Positions 63,101-64,000 of a stretch of 64,000 nt of DNA are shown here, piece by piece. Source of the DNA: Takakia lepidozioides (taxonomy: Eukaryota; Plantae; Bryophyta). Every line of letters starts with the position of its first letter. Position 1 is the stretch's first letter. The translations under genes were made by a program, and so were the position numbers. The notes beneath the pieces are model-generated. The model was given only the letters and a program-made list of their open reading frames with translations. It made no database searches and was not told the DNA's origin. The DNA is taken from NCBI GenBank assembly GCA_030704615.1, contig CM060732.1:36828001-36892000 (forward strand), read 5' to 3'.

Positions 63101-63408
63101 GTGCGCTACTGTCACCCCTAAGGCTCATGTTGGTCTCAGCCCGTGCAAAAATTAAGGGTACCCCACAGATCTCGAAAAAGTGCCTAAGTCCCAGACAGTC
63201 CTCTAACATGACAGGCGGGTAAGTATGTTTTCCACGTTTGCTAGAGTGGTTGCTGCATCATAGGTTGCTAGGGTTTTTTTCAAGGCTTTTGGCCTGGTTT
63301 TCTTTCCAATGGTTGTTCATGCTAGGTTTTTTTTGTTTGATTCATACTTGGGCAAGTTTTCATGGATTGGCAGGAGGGAAGTCTCGCATATTCTACAGTA
63401 GTTGGCAG

Positions 63409-64000
63409 GATGGATGGCTTGGACAAACTGGTGGAATCACAAGGACGTGACATGGCAGACTTAAAATTACAGATGCAGAGCATGATTGAGTACCGGAAAG
63501 CCATTGTGGCCAGATTGGGGATTAATCTACCAGGCGCAGGACCAGTGACATCTACGATGGATGCGTCTGCTGTGACAGTATCAAATGTTTGGAATCCCAA
63601 TTTCAGACGGCAACTGGTGCTCACTCTAAGCCCTTATGTCTTCCTGTCACTAATGATCGTTTGAATTTGACCGAGCAGCGGCAGGATACAGGGAAGGCCA
63701 GCTATGAGGTACACGTGGAAATTCAGCCCTTGCCACGTACAAAGGCAGTAGCAGTCCAGGGGGCAATGGTGACAGAGCCGCCGGATACACCGGATTCTGG
63801 TATGTAGGTATGTGGGAGTTTAAATGGGGAGGAAGATGCAGACGGGGACAAAACAAACAAGCAGGTTGCTTTAATTTCTTCTGCTCACATGTTGAAGCCA
63901 AATGACAATTTACTTCCTGGACCAGCGAGGAAGCATTTACTAATTCTGGACTTAAATGGTCTGTTATGTGAATCTTTTCATTCTGCTAATGGGCCTGCAT
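63409..64000 (+). CDS. Probable start of an FCP1/NIF-like HAD-domain gene or pseudogene, truncated by the window end
   Basis: RKHLLILDLNGLLCESF at about 63928-63978; upstream coiled-coil ORF with an in-frame stop or unresolved introns. Confidence 0.45.

Overview
Eukaryotic nuclear DNA from a land plant, most likely a non-seed plant such as a moss (inferred from intron structure, PLS-DYW PPR style and TE families), with a 500-N gap at 33506-34005. Host genes: two alpha-expansins with unusually long hydrophilic N-terminal extensions, an intronless nuclear group II intron maturase-type RT gene without domain X (plus a degraded partial copy), a 3-exon DUF538 gene, a PLS-E-DYW PPR editing factor, and the start of an FCP1/NIF-like HAD gene at the right edge. 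The rest is transposon debris: Copia, three Gypsy elements (one with a PHD finger), a complete but decayed PIF/Harbinger, CACTA, L1 LINEs and SINE-like heads. Main finding, not visible in the ORF track: the DYW-PPR gene is preceded by four intron-split, tandemly duplicated OSB-type PDF ssDNA-binding motifs that splice in frame onto the deaminase, and its PPR code fits a mitochondrial nad1 site. Two retroelements are each split into complementary, oppositely oriented halves, pointing to inversions of about 5.3 kb and 27 kb.
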